Shown: one piece after another, positions 50,846 through 59,752 of the stretch | How the letters are laid out: the number at the start of each line of letters is the position of its first letter | Numbering within the stretch: the first letter of the stretch is position 1 | Virus record (IMG/VR): IMGVR_UViG_2643221642_000002 | Span: 1-64,000 of that record | Direction: 5' to 3' (one strand) | DNA: 64,000 nt | Source of the DNA: a virus | Position numbers and translations under genes: made by a program | Notes under the pieces: generated by a model | Told to the model about the DNA's origin: nothing | Databases searched by the model: none | Seen by the model: the letters and a program-made list of their open reading frames with translations, nothing else

Positions 50846-53737
50846 ATGGCCCTGGGGATCGCGGACTTCACGGCGCAACTGGCCGCTCTCCAGGCCCAGT
50901 TCAAGGCCGGCACGATCGACGAAGACGGTCTGAGCGACGGCCTGCGCGATCTGTGGACGGCGTCGGAGAACATTCCGGCGCTGTTCGACCAGATGCAGCA
51001 GGTCATCGCGATCAGGGCGACGATCCTGACGTCGCTCCAAGCGGCTCTGAACTTGAAGGGTGAAGTCGCGAGCGTAAGCGCCCTGCCGGCGGTAGCGCCC
51101 GACGGCGACACGTATCAATTGGTGAACGCCGCTGATCCGCAGGACGGCTTTCTCTATCGACGGGTGGCCGGCGCATGGACAAACATTGGCCGTCTCCGTG
51201 GTGCGCGGGGAGCCAGCGCTTTCGACGTCGCGGTCGAGGTGGCTGAAGAGGCCGGGGAAGTGCCTCCAGCCGACGAAGAGGCCTGGATCGCATCACTGAA
51301 GCAGCCTGCGCTGGACGCCGCTGCGACAGCAGACGCAGCGGCGGAGAACGCCGACGCAAAGGCAGCCCTGGCCAATACGAAGGCTGGCCTCGCTAACGAC
51401 GCGGCGACGACCGCCGACGAAGCGGCCGCCCTCGCCAACACTAAGGCCGGTTTGGCGAACGACAAAGCCGCCCTCGCGCAAGGGGTTGTCGATGCAGCGG
51501 CTACGCTCCTGGCAGCTAAGGACACTGCTGTGGTGGCCGCCGGCACCGCGACTGACAAGGCTGGCCAAGCCGCTGACGCTCGCGATGCAGCTCTCGCGGC
51601 GCAGAGCAACGGCACTGAAGCACTTGCCTCGCTGAACTTCCTCCTGCGGGGGATCGCTGGGCCCAACATCAGGATGGGCGACCCGGTCGGGAACTATATA
51701 TTTGATCTGTCCCCGGACGGTCTCTTCGCGCGGCTGGTCGGCGGGTCTGTCACGGACGCGGCGTTCGACAGTGCGCTACTTGAAGACGTGCTGGCGCTGC
51801 GGACGCTCCGCCGCCTGATACGATACATTCCTGGGGCTGGCCTGGAGATCGGCGACCCGGTTGGGGCGTTCACCTTCCAGCTCGGTGCGGACGGCTCTCT
51901 GGTCCTGCCCGGCGCGTCGGTTGGCGCTGCAAATCTTCAGCTTGGGGCCGTGGGCGACGCCGCTCTGAACCCGGCACTGCTCGACGATATCCTGGCGATC
52001 CGCGCGCTGCGGACGTTGATCAAGGTGGTTCCTGGGGGGGGGCTCAAGATCGGCGATCCAGCCGGCGCCTTCACGTTCCAAATCGCCGCTGACGGAAGTC
52101 CGACCGCGTCGATCAGTGCGGGCGCTGTCGGCGATAGCGCGCTTTCGGCCGCGCTGTTTGAAGACATGTTGGCGCTGCGGGCGCTGCGCCAGATTGTGCG
52201 CTTCTCACCCTCGGATGGCCTGCAAATCGGGTCTCCCTCTGGTGACTTCACGATCAAGGCCGGGGCGGACGGGAAGCTCGTTTTCACGTTCGCGAACGGG
52301 ACCGTTACGCGGTCGACCTTGGCGACGGATGTCGCGCCGTTCGTTCGCGAAAAGATCGCCAGTTCCGTGCCCGGCCTGGTCTACGCAAAGACCATCAGCA
52401 CTAAGCGCCAGGTCGTCCGGGTGACCGGAGCTGGCGAGGCGACGATCTCCGACGGGACGGCGAACGACGACTATCCCCAAATGGTCGGCGAGGCCGTGCG
52501 TCTCACCTCCGACCGTGACGGCGGCACGGTTCGCGCAATGCGGATGAGCGTCGACGGCAAGAACCTGATCACTGAGCTTGGGTCGACCAAGGTCTACATC
52601 ATCGTGGGTTATGGTCAGAGCCTGTCGATCGGCACGTCGAACTCCGCCCGTTTCGCGCTGACCACGGCCAACGCGGCATCGGGTGTGCTGATGTTCAACC
52701 GAGGTGTCCGGATCATTCCAGGCACGCCGGCCGTCACCGACGTCGTCAACGCGACAGACATCGACCACCTCGTGCCGCTGGCGGCGGGTCTGGACGGGTC
52801 CGCTTATGGGCAGACCCACGTCGAGAGCCTGGCCTACAAACTGTTCGCCGCCTCTAGCCTTCGGTGCATCGGCTTGGCGGCTGGCGTTGGCGGGCAGAGC
52901 TACACCTCCCTGAAGAAGGGAACGGTTCCGTACGCCAACATGATCGCCGCCGTTCAGCGCGCGCGAGACGTGTTGGCGGGCCTTGGCTACGACTGCGAAG
53001 TTGTCGTGACCTGGCAGCACGGGGAGGCGAATACCGGTACCTCGCGAGCCGTCTACAAGGGCTATCTCGCCGAGCTTTCGTCCGACTTGAACGCCGACAT
53101 CAAGCCCATCACAGGTCAAGCCGCGGTTCACCTGTTCGGCGGCCAATCGCCTTCGCTCAGCCAATCCCAGGTCCCGTTGGCGCTGTGGGAGGCGGGGAAG
53201 GAAAATCCGCTCATCCATTGCGTCGGGCCGCTCTACCAATTTCCGCTATCCGACAGCCAGCACCCGACCTCGGTTGGCTACTATCACCTCGGTGAAGAGT
53301 ACTGGAGGCCCTTCAAAGCCGTCGTCGTGGACGGCGGGACCTGGAAGCCGCTGCAACCGGTGTCGGCGACGCTCAGTGGATCTGACATCGACCTGCTGTT
53401 CGAGGGGCAAGTCGGCAACGTCGTGTTCGAGACGACTGACGTCGCGGCCATCACGAATTACGGCCTCGAATACTTCGACGCCTCGGGTTCGCCGCCGGCC
53501 ATCTCTTCGGTCACCACGATCGCGGGCGGCGTGCGGGTCACGCTGTCCACCGCGCCCACGGGCTCGGGCAAGGTCTTGCGCGGGGCGTGGACAGCGCCAG
53601 GCGCGACCACGTCGCCTCAGAACTCCATCCCTGGGGCGAGAACGAACCTCGCTGACCAGGACACGCTCGTCTCTGGCTATACCGGTAGCAAGGCGCTGCC
53701 GAAGCGGTCGGTCATTTTTGAAATCCCCGTCACCTAG
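50846..53737 (+). CDS. Tail fibre protein with internal repeats and a C-terminal SASA/SGNH-type esterase-like domain
   Basis: N-terminal Ala-rich coiled region; three ~60-aa repeats (…LRTLRRLIRYIPGAGLEIGDPVGAFTFQLGADGS… ×3). C-terminal domain has YIIVGYGQSLSIGTSN (GQSN-like) and VVTWQHGEANTG (W-Q-G-E-S-D-like), as in sialate O-acetylesterase-type domains. Confidence 0.65.
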   Translation: MALGIADFTAQLAALQAQFKAGTIDEDGLSDGLRDLWTASENIPALFDQMQQVIAIRATILTSLQAALNLKGEVASVSALPAVAPDGDTYQLVNAADPQDGFLYRRVAGAWTNIGRLRGARGASAFDVAVEVAEEAGEVPPADEEAWIASLKQPALDAAATADAAAENADAKAALANTKAGLANDAATTADEAAALANTKAGLANDKAALAQGVVDAAATLLAAKDTAVVAAGTATDKAGQAADARDAALAAQSNGTEALASLNFLLRGIAGPNIRMGDPVGNYIFDLSPDGLFARLVGGSVTDAAFDSALLEDVLALRTLRRLIRYIPGAGLEIGDPVGAFTFQLGADGSLVLPGASVGAANLQLGAVGDAALNPALLDDILAIRALRTLIKVVPGGGLKIGDPAGAFTFQIAADGSPTASISAGAVGDSALSAALFEDMLALRALRQIVRFSPSDGLQIGSPSGDFTIKAGADGKLVFTFANGTVTRSTLATDVAPFVREKIASSVPGLVYAKTISTKRQVVRVTGAGEATISDGTANDDYPQMVGEAVRLTSDRDGGTVRAMRMSVDGKNLITELGSTKVYIIVGYGQSLSIGTSNSARFALTTANAASGVLMFNRGVRIIPGTPAVTDVVNATDIDHLVPLAAGLDGSAYGQTHVESLAYKLFAASSLRCIGLAAGVGGQSYTSLKKGTVPYANMIAAVQRARDVLAGLGYDCEVVVTWQHGEANTGTSRAVYKGYLAELSSDLNADIKPITGQAAVHLFGGQSPSLSQSQVPLALWEAGKENPLIHCVGPLYQFPLSDSQHPTSVGYYHLGEEYWRPFKAVVVDGGTWKPLQPVSATLSGSDIDLLFEGQVGNVVFETTDVAAITNYGLEYFDASGSPPAISSVTTIAGGVRVTLSTAPTGSGKVLRGAWTAPGATTSPQNSIPGARTNLADQDTLVSGYTGSKALPKRSVIFEIPVT

Positions 53738-53748
53738 GAGCTGCTGAC

Positions 53749-54522
53749 ATGGGCCTTTATGTTGGAATTCCGGGCAGCGACTACGCTACCTCCCCGGCCA
53801 AGCAAGGTACGCAAACCTTTCCGAGCGACGATCCGCTGCCGTTCCTGGCGTTGCCGGGTCTGGTGAATTGGTGGCGTGGGGATGACGCGGTCCAGTTGTC
53901 TAGCGTCACCTCGGTCAAGGATAGGATCGCGGGCGTTTCCCTGGCCAGCATCAACTCGGCTCAGAGCCCGTCGCTGTCGACGGTGGGCGGGAAGCAAGGT
54001 CTGCTTTTCGCGGGCGCGCAGACGATGTCGGCCGCCGCTTCGGTCGTGAAGAACAGTGCCTATACCTGGGTGATCGTGCAGAAGGCGGCGGCGAGCCTCA
54101 CCACGGGGGCCTATATCTTGACGGCCGGCACCGCTCCGACCGCCAATTGGTATCAGTGGGCCGACGGCCACACCTCGGCCCGAACCGCGTCGGGCACGCC
54201 CGGACAGCCCGCCAGCGACGCCGGCAAGGTCATTGCGAACGCGACCCAGATCATCGGCTTGAGTTTCGATTCCACGGGCGTGAAATACGGGTTCTCTTTC
54301 GATGGCGTGTTCAACAAGTCTGTCCCGATCACCTCGGGCCAGGCGGGGGCCGAGAGCGTAGCGACCTCGTTCAACTTCGGCGCCAGCAACCTGCTGGGCA
54401 ATCCGTTCTCCGGGACAATCTTCGACATCTTCCAGTTCGATCGCGACTACCACGCCGCCGCGAGCGCGGCGTATTGGGCTTGGCTCGTGAGCAAGCTGAA
54501 GATCCGTTATGGGATCAGCTAG
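53749..54522 (+). CDS. Tail fibre-associated hypothetical protein
   Basis: 257 aa; RBS context CACCTAGGAGCTG is shared with the next small ORF. Confidence 0.5.
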   Translation: MGLYVGIPGSDYATSPAKQGTQTFPSDDPLPFLALPGLVNWWRGDDAVQLSSVTSVKDRIAGVSLASINSAQSPSLSTVGGKQGLLFAGAQTMSAAASVVKNSAYTWVIVQKAAASLTTGAYILTAGTAPTANWYQWADGHTSARTASGTPGQPASDAGKVIANATQIIGLSFDSTGVKYGFSFDGVFNKSVPITSGQAGAESVATSFNFGASNLLGNPFSGTIFDIFQFDRDYHAAASAAYWAWLVSKLKIRYGIS

Positions 54523-54582
54523 GGCGTCGCACGAGCCTGATGTTCACCCGCCCCTAAAGCGTCAACACTAGGAGCTAATACC

Positions 54583-54759
54583 GTGAAGACCGCCGACACT
54601 CCCGGACCTGCCGCGCAGCGTCATCCTGATGCCCATCGTGAGCGGGTTGACGTCATGGACTGCCTGCAAATCGGCGATGCAAAGGGCAATGTGACCATGC
54701 GCATCTGCGACTACCCGACCGCTAGCCTCCCGAGCAGCGCTCCCTTGGGCCGAATGTAA
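54583..54759 (+). CDS. Possible small protein (58 aa, GTG start)
   Basis: AGGAGC SD 7 nt upstream; GC3 is lower than in neighbouring genes. Confidence 0.25.
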   Translation: MKTADTPGPAAQRHPDAHRERVDVMDCLQIGDAKGNVTMRICDYPTASLPSSAPLGRM

Positions 54760-54770
54760 CCTGACGCTAG

Positions 54771-54941
54771 GTCCAGGTTATCGTCGCGTCTTTTTCCTCA
54801 TCCGTCAGCGGTGTGGAGACGGCGCGGAAGTACCAGCGAACGGCCTTGCCTATCGCGCCCAGAACCTTGCCGAGCGCGCCGGTGGCGCCCTGTTCGGGCG
54901 TCAAACCGCCGACGTCTTCGGTCGTAACTTCGCTCATAGCT
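54771..54941 (-). CDS. Possible small protein (56 aa)
   Basis: Translation MSEVTTEDVGGLTPEQGATGALGKVLGAIGKAVRWYFRAVSTPLTDEEKDATITWT; G-rich SD. Confidence 0.3.
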
Positions 54942-55049
54942 CGCCCCCCGGGTTGCTAAGGCTCAGCTAACGCCTGGCGCGCAACTAAGGCAAGGCTTCA
55001 TCTGAAGTACCATCCATCAAGTTTACATTCATTTGAGGAGGGGCGGCCG

Positions 55050-55427
55050 ATGGCCGACAATACCGGGGACCCGCACCTGCTGGCGGTCCTGAGCAAGCTC
55101 GCGCCCATGACGCCGGGGGTCGCGGGCGCCGTCCTGTCCCTCGCGTTTGGCGAAAAGCTGACCGTCAGGGGCAAGACGATCAGCGTCGTCATAGGCCTGG
55201 CCAGCGCGCTGTGGATCGCGCCGGCCGTGATCGCCGTGCTCGCCGTACTGTGGCCGTGGGGCAAGTTTCCCGTCGAGCTGGGAAACGCGATCACGTTCCT
55301 GACCGGCCTGCTGGGCATGATCGCCCTGGCCGGTTTCGCCCAGGCCGTCGGCAAGTACGCCGGCGACCCCCTGAAGCTGATCAAGTTCGAGGTCGGCGGC
55401 CTGCGTATCGGCGGCGGGGAGGCGTGA
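55050..55427 (+). CDS. Holin-like membrane protein
   Basis: 125 aa with 3 predicted TM segments; GAGGAGGGG SD; first gene of the lysis cassette. Confidence 0.6.
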   Translation: MADNTGDPHLLAVLSKLAPMTPGVAGAVLSLAFGEKLTVRGKTISVVIGLASALWIAPAVIAVLAVLWPWGKFPVELGNAITFLTGLLGMIALAGFAQAVGKYAGDPLKLIKFEVGGLRIGGGEA

Positions 55428-55430
55428 GCC

Positions 55431-55742
55431 ATGCTGGCCCAAATGATCTCCATACTGGCCGCGGCGATCCTGCTGCTGGCCATCGCCCTGCTGCTCCTCG
55501 GTTGGGGCGGTCTCCTGACCCTCTGCCAGCGGATCGGACTGGCCATGTTCGGCGCCGGCCTGGTCCTAGCGGCCATCCCGCGCTTCCAGGGCAGGCCGCC
55601 CGGCTGGGGTGATGTCCTCATGCTGAGCGGCCTGGTGCTCTACCTGGGCGCCACGTACGCCCCCAAGATCATCCAGCACGTCGACGGTCTCGACGGTAAG
55701 ATCGACGGCCGGTTCGGCCGCCCGCGTCAGCCCCGCGCTTAG
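55431..55742 (+). CDS. Second holin/antiholin-like membrane protein
   Basis: 103 aa with 2-3 TM segments. Confidence 0.55.
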   Translation: MLAQMISILAAAILLLAIALLLLGWGGLLTLCQRIGLAMFGAGLVLAAIPRFQGRPPGWGDVLMLSGLVLYLGATYAPKIIQHVDGLDGKIDGRFGRPRQPRA

Positions 55743-55779
55743 GGCCAACCCAACCCACATCGCTAGAAGGATCGAAGTC

Positions 55780-56274
55780 ATGGCCGAAGCGCCTTGGCTC
55801 GCGGTCGCGCGCGCCCTGATCGGCACGCGCGAAACCCCCGGGCCCGCCAACAACCCGAAGATCATGGACTGGGCCAACAAGCTCGGCGGGAAGAAGCTGG
55901 GCGTCGCGTACGCCGGCGACGCCGTCCCGTGGTGCGGCCTGTTCGCGGCCCACTGCGTCAACGCGGTCGGTCTGGCCTTGCCGCCGATCGCCGTTCGGGC
56001 CTCGGCTTGGTCGAGCTGGGGCCTGCGCGTCACGCCCTGTGTCGGCGCGATCCTGGTCTTCACGCGCGAGGGCGGTGGTCACGTCGGCTTCTATGTCGGC
56101 GAGGACGAGACCCACTTCCTGGTCCTGGGCGGCAACCAGGGCGACCAGGTGTCGATCGTCAAGATCGCCAAGGATCGCCTGAGCGCCTGTCGCTGGCCCG
56201 GCGGCGTGCCGCTGACCGGCAAGCCCTTCCGGGTCACCGCCAGCGGCGCGGCTATCAGCGGGAACGAGGCCTGA
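55780..56274 (+). CDS. Endolysin, TIGR02594-family (CHAP-like peptidase)
   Basis: …DAVPWCGLFAAHCVN…GGGHVGFYVGED…LGGNQGDQVSIVKI… matches the TIGR02594 phage peptidase signature. Confidence 0.7.
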   Translation: MAEAPWLAVARALIGTRETPGPANNPKIMDWANKLGGKKLGVAYAGDAVPWCGLFAAHCVNAVGLALPPIAVRASAWSSWGLRVTPCVGAILVFTREGGGHVGFYVGEDETHFLVLGGNQGDQVSIVKIAKDRLSACRWPGGVPLTGKPFRVTASGAAISGNEA

Positions 56275-56278
56275 CGCC

Positions 56279-56920
56279 ATGACCAAGGTCTTCTTCTGCG
56301 AGCCGACCGACCAGGTCTTCACCAAGCTGCGGGTCTACGAGAGCTGCGACGGCGACATGCCGCCGTGTCCTCTGTTCCCCGGACAATACAGTCGCCACGA
56401 CGCCTCGAGCGATCGGGTGGCGGTGATCACCATCCCGGCCGAGGAGGTGATCCCGGCCAGTGGCTCCACAGGCGAGTATGCCGGCGACGAGCGCTGGCCG
56501 ACCGCCTGCGGATGCGGCCACGTGTTCGGGTCCGGTGCGAACCGCAGCGTGCACCATCAGCGGCTGGTCCGACGCACCGACACGGGCGAGGCGTTCGAAG
56601 GCTATCAGGCCCTCCCGGTGGGAGCGGTCTGGAACGCCTTCTGGATGGTCGAGGGTCGCCGCGGCGACTGGGTCGGCCCCGACGGCAGGTCGCTGGTCTG
56701 CAGGCTGCCCGACGGCTCGGTGTGGATGATCGACAGCCGAGCGTCGAACTGCACCATGCCGGACGACGACGTGCACAAGTGCTGGGTGCGGCACGGTCGG
56801 CCGGAAGACGGCGACCTGCACGTCGACAAGGCGGGTCACACCTGCGCGGCAGGCGCCGGGTCGATCGCCACCCCCACCTGGCACGGCTTCCTGCACCACG
56901 GTCAGCTCACCGTCTGCTGA
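56279..56920 (+). CDS. Cys/His-rich hypothetical protein inside the lysis cassette
   Basis: 213 aa with 12 Cys and many His (…CPLFPGQY…ACGCGHVFG…CRLPDGS…CTMPDDDVHKCW…HTCAAG…); no TM segment. Confidence 0.5.
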   Translation: MTKVFFCEPTDQVFTKLRVYESCDGDMPPCPLFPGQYSRHDASSDRVAVITIPAEEVIPASGSTGEYAGDERWPTACGCGHVFGSGANRSVHHQRLVRRTDTGEAFEGYQALPVGAVWNAFWMVEGRRGDWVGPDGRSLVCRLPDGSVWMIDSRASNCTMPDDDVHKCWVRHGRPEDGDLHVDKAGHTCAAGAGSIATPTWHGFLHHGQLTVC

Positions 56921-56958
56921 CCCGCGTCCCTTCCACGACAACCTGAGAGGACAGTCAC

Positions 56959-57126
56959 ATGAAAAGTGGAGAGAAGTCGGCCGTCGGCGTGCTCGCCGGC
57001 CTGGCCTGCGTCGTCCTGGCCGTGCTCGGCCTGACCGTGCTCGGCCTGACCGGCGCGCTCTATGGCAAGCCGGGGCCGGCCTACGCCACGCCCATCGGCT
57101 ACCAGGGCGAAGCGGGCCCGACATGA
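56959..57126 (+). CDS. Small single-TM protein (55 aa)
   Basis: GAGAGG SD; high GC3; hydrophobic core VLAGLACVVLAVLGLTVLGLTGAL (contains a 15-nt tandem duplication). Confidence 0.45.
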   Translation: MKSGEKSAVGVLAGLACVVLAVLGLTVLGLTGALYGKPGPAYATPIGYQGEAGPT

Positions 57127-57515
57127 GCGGCCCGACCGGCGCCGCGCTGAAGATCTGCACCGCCTTGGCGGTGGTCGCTCTGGTGCTGATCGGCGCCGGC
57201 GCGGCCATCGACTGGGTCAAGCACCCTTTCGGCCTGGGCAGGAACGCCCTGCCGGCCGCCCGCGCCGAGGCGAAGGTCAATGGCCAGCAGGCCCAGATCA
57301 ACGCCGACGGGGCAGCCATCAACGACTCGCGGGCAGGCAACATCGCCCGCATCCACCAAACCGCCCAGGAGGCCCGCCATGCGGTCCAGCAGACTGCTGA
57401 CTACGACGTTCGGCTGCGTCGCTATCTCGATGGCCTTGACGGCGTGCGAAACGACGGCGCCGCCCCGATCGCCGCAGATCCTGCTGACGGCGGGGGACAC
57501 GACCCGATCCGCTGA
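57123..57515 (+). CDS. i-spanin (Rz-like)
   Basis: N-terminal TM segment (LKICTALAVVALVLIGAGAAI) followed by a periplasmic coiled-coil region; ATGA coupling. Confidence 0.6.
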   Translation: MSGPTGAALKICTALAVVALVLIGAGAAIDWVKHPFGLGRNALPAARAEAKVNGQQAQINADGAAINDSRAGNIARIHQTAQEARHAVQQTADYDVRLRRYLDGLDGVRNDGAAPIAADPADGGGHDPIR

Positions 57516-57756
57516 CCCGGAGAAGCCCGCTTTCCCGCCGCTGGAGCCCGTGTTGGACGCCTCGGCGAAGGCGGAGCGCGACTATCTGTTCCGGGCCGTC
57601 ATCGGGCCGCTCCTGGACTTCAGCCTGGCCCAGGAAGCGGTCAAGCAGGCCGAAGGACAGCGAGCCGACGGTGTCGTCGCGAAGGTGTTGGCGTTCAACG
57701 CGGTCGTGGAGCGGAAGAGACGCCGCTGGTGGCCCTTCGCCCGCGACAAGCCGTAG
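57379..57756 (+). CDS. o-spanin (Rz1-like lipoprotein), starts within the i-spanin gene in the +1 frame
   Basis: GGAGG SD 6 nt upstream of the ATG 57379; lipoprotein signal MRSSRLLTTTFGCVAISMALTAC (lipobox LTAC); Pro-rich mature region. Confidence 0.6.
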   Translation: MRSSRLLTTTFGCVAISMALTACETTAPPRSPQILLTAGDTTRSADPEKPAFPPLEPVLDASAKAERDYLFRAVIGPLLDFSLAQEAVKQAEGQRADGVVAKVLAFNAVVERKRRRWWPFARDKP

Positions 57757-57813
57757 AGCGGCCTCCACGGCGATCTATTCTGCCCAGGCGGTGGTCTGGG
57801 ATCACAACGCACA

Positions 57814-57850
57814 GCGCCCCCGGCTTCGGCCGGGGGCGCTTTTGTCGTTT
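57814..57850 (+). terminator. Rho-independent terminator
   Basis: GCGCCCCCGGC-ttcg-GCCGGGGGCGC followed by TTTTGTCGTTT. Confidence 0.8.
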
Positions 57851-57896
57851 GTGGGCTACGGCCCTATATCCAAGATGAAAGGGAGGCCGACCACCA

Positions 57897-58087
57897 TGCG
57901 CGACAGTTGGAGCTACATCACCGAGGTGTCCGACAACTACATCCTCGACTGCTATCTGGCGATCCGGCGAGAGCTGGGCGTGGACCCCGCCAATGTTCGT
58001 GAACATCCGGACTTCAGGGAGTGGGCAAGCGCCCTCGAGGCGGAGATGGATAAGCGAGGCGTCGACTACGTCCGGGTCGTGTTCTAG
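57897..58087 (+). CDS. Hypothetical protein
   Basis: 63 aa from the ATG with AAGGGAGG SD (an alternative ATG lies at 57876). Confidence 0.45.
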
Positions 58088-58100
58088 CGGCCAAGCGGAG

Positions 58101-59291
58101 CTATCGCGTCGGCGTCGGCATGCCGATCTTGGAAAGGGCGACGATTGCGTTCAAGTCCGGCGGACCGTCGTCCTTCACTACGCCGTCGACAGAGGGCCGG
58201 AACAGCGCCTGCAGGATGATGGCCCGGTCGGTCGACTCCAGCGAGCCCTTCTGGATCAGCGCCAGGTAGGCGTTGGCCATGACGGCCCGTTCGTCGGCGT
58301 CCGTTCGCAGGTGGTGCTCGCTGAGATAGAGGCGCGTCAGGATGCGTGCGATCCACAGCAGCAGGGCGGCGAACAGCGTCAGCCCAGCACCCACCACGAT
58401 CAGAACCGGCGTCGGCACGGTGATCAGCTCGTGGAGCTTGTCGGCCGCCTGGTAGAAGACGAACAGGATCGCGACGGCCGCGCCGGCGAAGTAGAACCGC
58501 AGCATGCGTAGGTGCTGAGCCTCTTTCGCCTTGTGGATGCGAGACTTGCGTTTCCAGTACGTCACCGGAGCCTCGAGCCCGAGCTTTTCGGCATAGGCTA
58601 GCTCGGTGGTGTCGATGCGCAGGATGGCCTCGTCGACCCTGACCTTCATCTCGGTCCAGGCATCTTCCTTCGAAGCGATCGCCGCCTTGGCCTGGGAGAT
58701 CACTATGCGGATGGTTTCGTTGGCCAGCTTCTTCCTGGAATTCAGCACCTTGCCAAAATGCTCGACCAGGGCCTTCTCCGTGACCTCGAACCGGCGTGTC
58801 AGCTCGCCCATGGTTCGGCGCGACTGGGTTCTTTCGGCGGATAGATCCTTGATCAGCTGGTCGACGGGAACACGAGCAGGGTAGGCGAAGGCCATGATCC
58901 CCCGCAGCGCCGCCATGCCGCGTATCTCACCGAAGCTCACGAACTGACGGTAGTAGGCGTAGGCGGCGACGGCCGCCTCATCGCCTTCGCTACGGCGTAT
59001 TTCCAGGATCCGGCGCCCTTCGTCGCTACCGGAATAGACGAGCGGCCCGCTATGAAAGCGCGACTCCACCTGCGGCGTAATCACATGGAGCGGTTGTCCG
59101 TTCTGGGCGTTGCGCAACACCTCGTTGTTCAGCTCGTGGAACATCTGCGAGGCGGCGTTCCACGCGCTTTGCGTCAGGCCGCGACCGTTCATCCAGTCCC
59201 ATTGAGTCCGTTCCGCCTCGAGCCAGGCGCCCAGCTTCTGATGATCGTCGAACGGGATGCTGACGTCGCCGACAGTGAGTAGGGTGGACAT
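58101..59291 (-). CDS. Membrane protein: N-terminal cytoplasmic domain, two TM helices, short C-terminal domain
   Basis: 396 aa from the ATG 59289-59291. TM helices LRFYFAGAAVAILFVFYQAA and VLIVVGAGLTLFAALLLWIARIL. Distal gene of a three-gene coupled operon. Confidence 0.55.
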   Translation of the reverse strand: MSTLLTVGDVSIPFDDHQKLGAWLEAERTQWDWMNGRGLTQSAWNAASQMFHELNNEVLRNAQNGQPLHVITPQVESRFHSGPLVYSGSDEGRRILEIRRSEGDEAAVAAYAYYRQFVSFGEIRGMAALRGIMAFAYPARVPVDQLIKDLSAERTQSRRTMGELTRRFEVTEKALVEHFGKVLNSRKKLANETIRIVISQAKAAIASKEDAWTEMKVRVDEAILRIDTTELAYAEKLGLEAPVTYWKRKSRIHKAKEAQHLRMLRFYFAGAAVAILFVFYQAADKLHELITVPTPVLIVVGAGLTLFAALLLWIARILTRLYLSEHHLRTDADERAVMANAYLALIQKGSLESTDRAIILQALFRPSVDGVVKDDGPPDLNAIVALSKIGMPTPTR

Positions 59292-59293
59292 GC

Positions 59294-59752
59294 TCAAGCG
59301 CCCAGTTTGGGTAGGTTCACCGAAGCCCACGCGCCGACAATCGCGTCAAGCACCTGCTCGGCGCTGACCTCGACCACGACGTCGCCAGGCCAGGCGTCGG
59401 TCTTGCCGATCCACTCGCCGTCATCGGTGCTGTCGGCCCGGATCGGGTTGTGCGGCGTCGACTCGAACTCGGCGGTCCCGAACCCTTCCGGCGCCAATGG
59501 CAGCAGGTGGCGCTTCACCAGTTCCTGCAGGGTGGCGGTGCCCAGAAAGCGCCCGTCGTAGACCGTAGAGTTGGGGCCTGGCTGCACCTCGGCGAACTTG
59601 TCGATGTTCCAGCGGTCGAAGTAGTCGTCCAGGATCTCGCCGTCAGCGAACCCCCAGTTGGCGAACAGGCAGCTCGCATAGAGCCGCACCGGGCCCGGAC
59701 CGAGATCCTTGCTCGGATCGACGCTTCTCAGGTCTTGCGCGAAGGTGTTCAT
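59294..59752 (-). CDS. Hypothetical protein (middle gene of the operon)
   Basis: 152 aa from the ATG 59750-59752; separated by 2 nt from the downstream start. Confidence 0.5.
   Translation of the reverse strand: MNTFAQDLRSVDPSKDLGPGPVRLYASCLFANWGFADGEILDDYFDRWNIDKFAEVQPGPNSTVYDGRFLGTATLQELVKRHLLPLAPEGFGTAEFESTPHNPIRADSTDDGEWIGKTDAWPGDVVVEVSAEQVLDAIVGAWASVNLPKLGA

Noticed and set aside
56959-57126. Calling the small 55-aa protein a lipoprotein o-spanin
   Set aside because: The candidate lipobox (G-L-A-C) has Gly at -3 and Leu at -2, which is atypical. A bona fide o-spanin with a canonical LTAC lipobox is encoded at 57379-57756.
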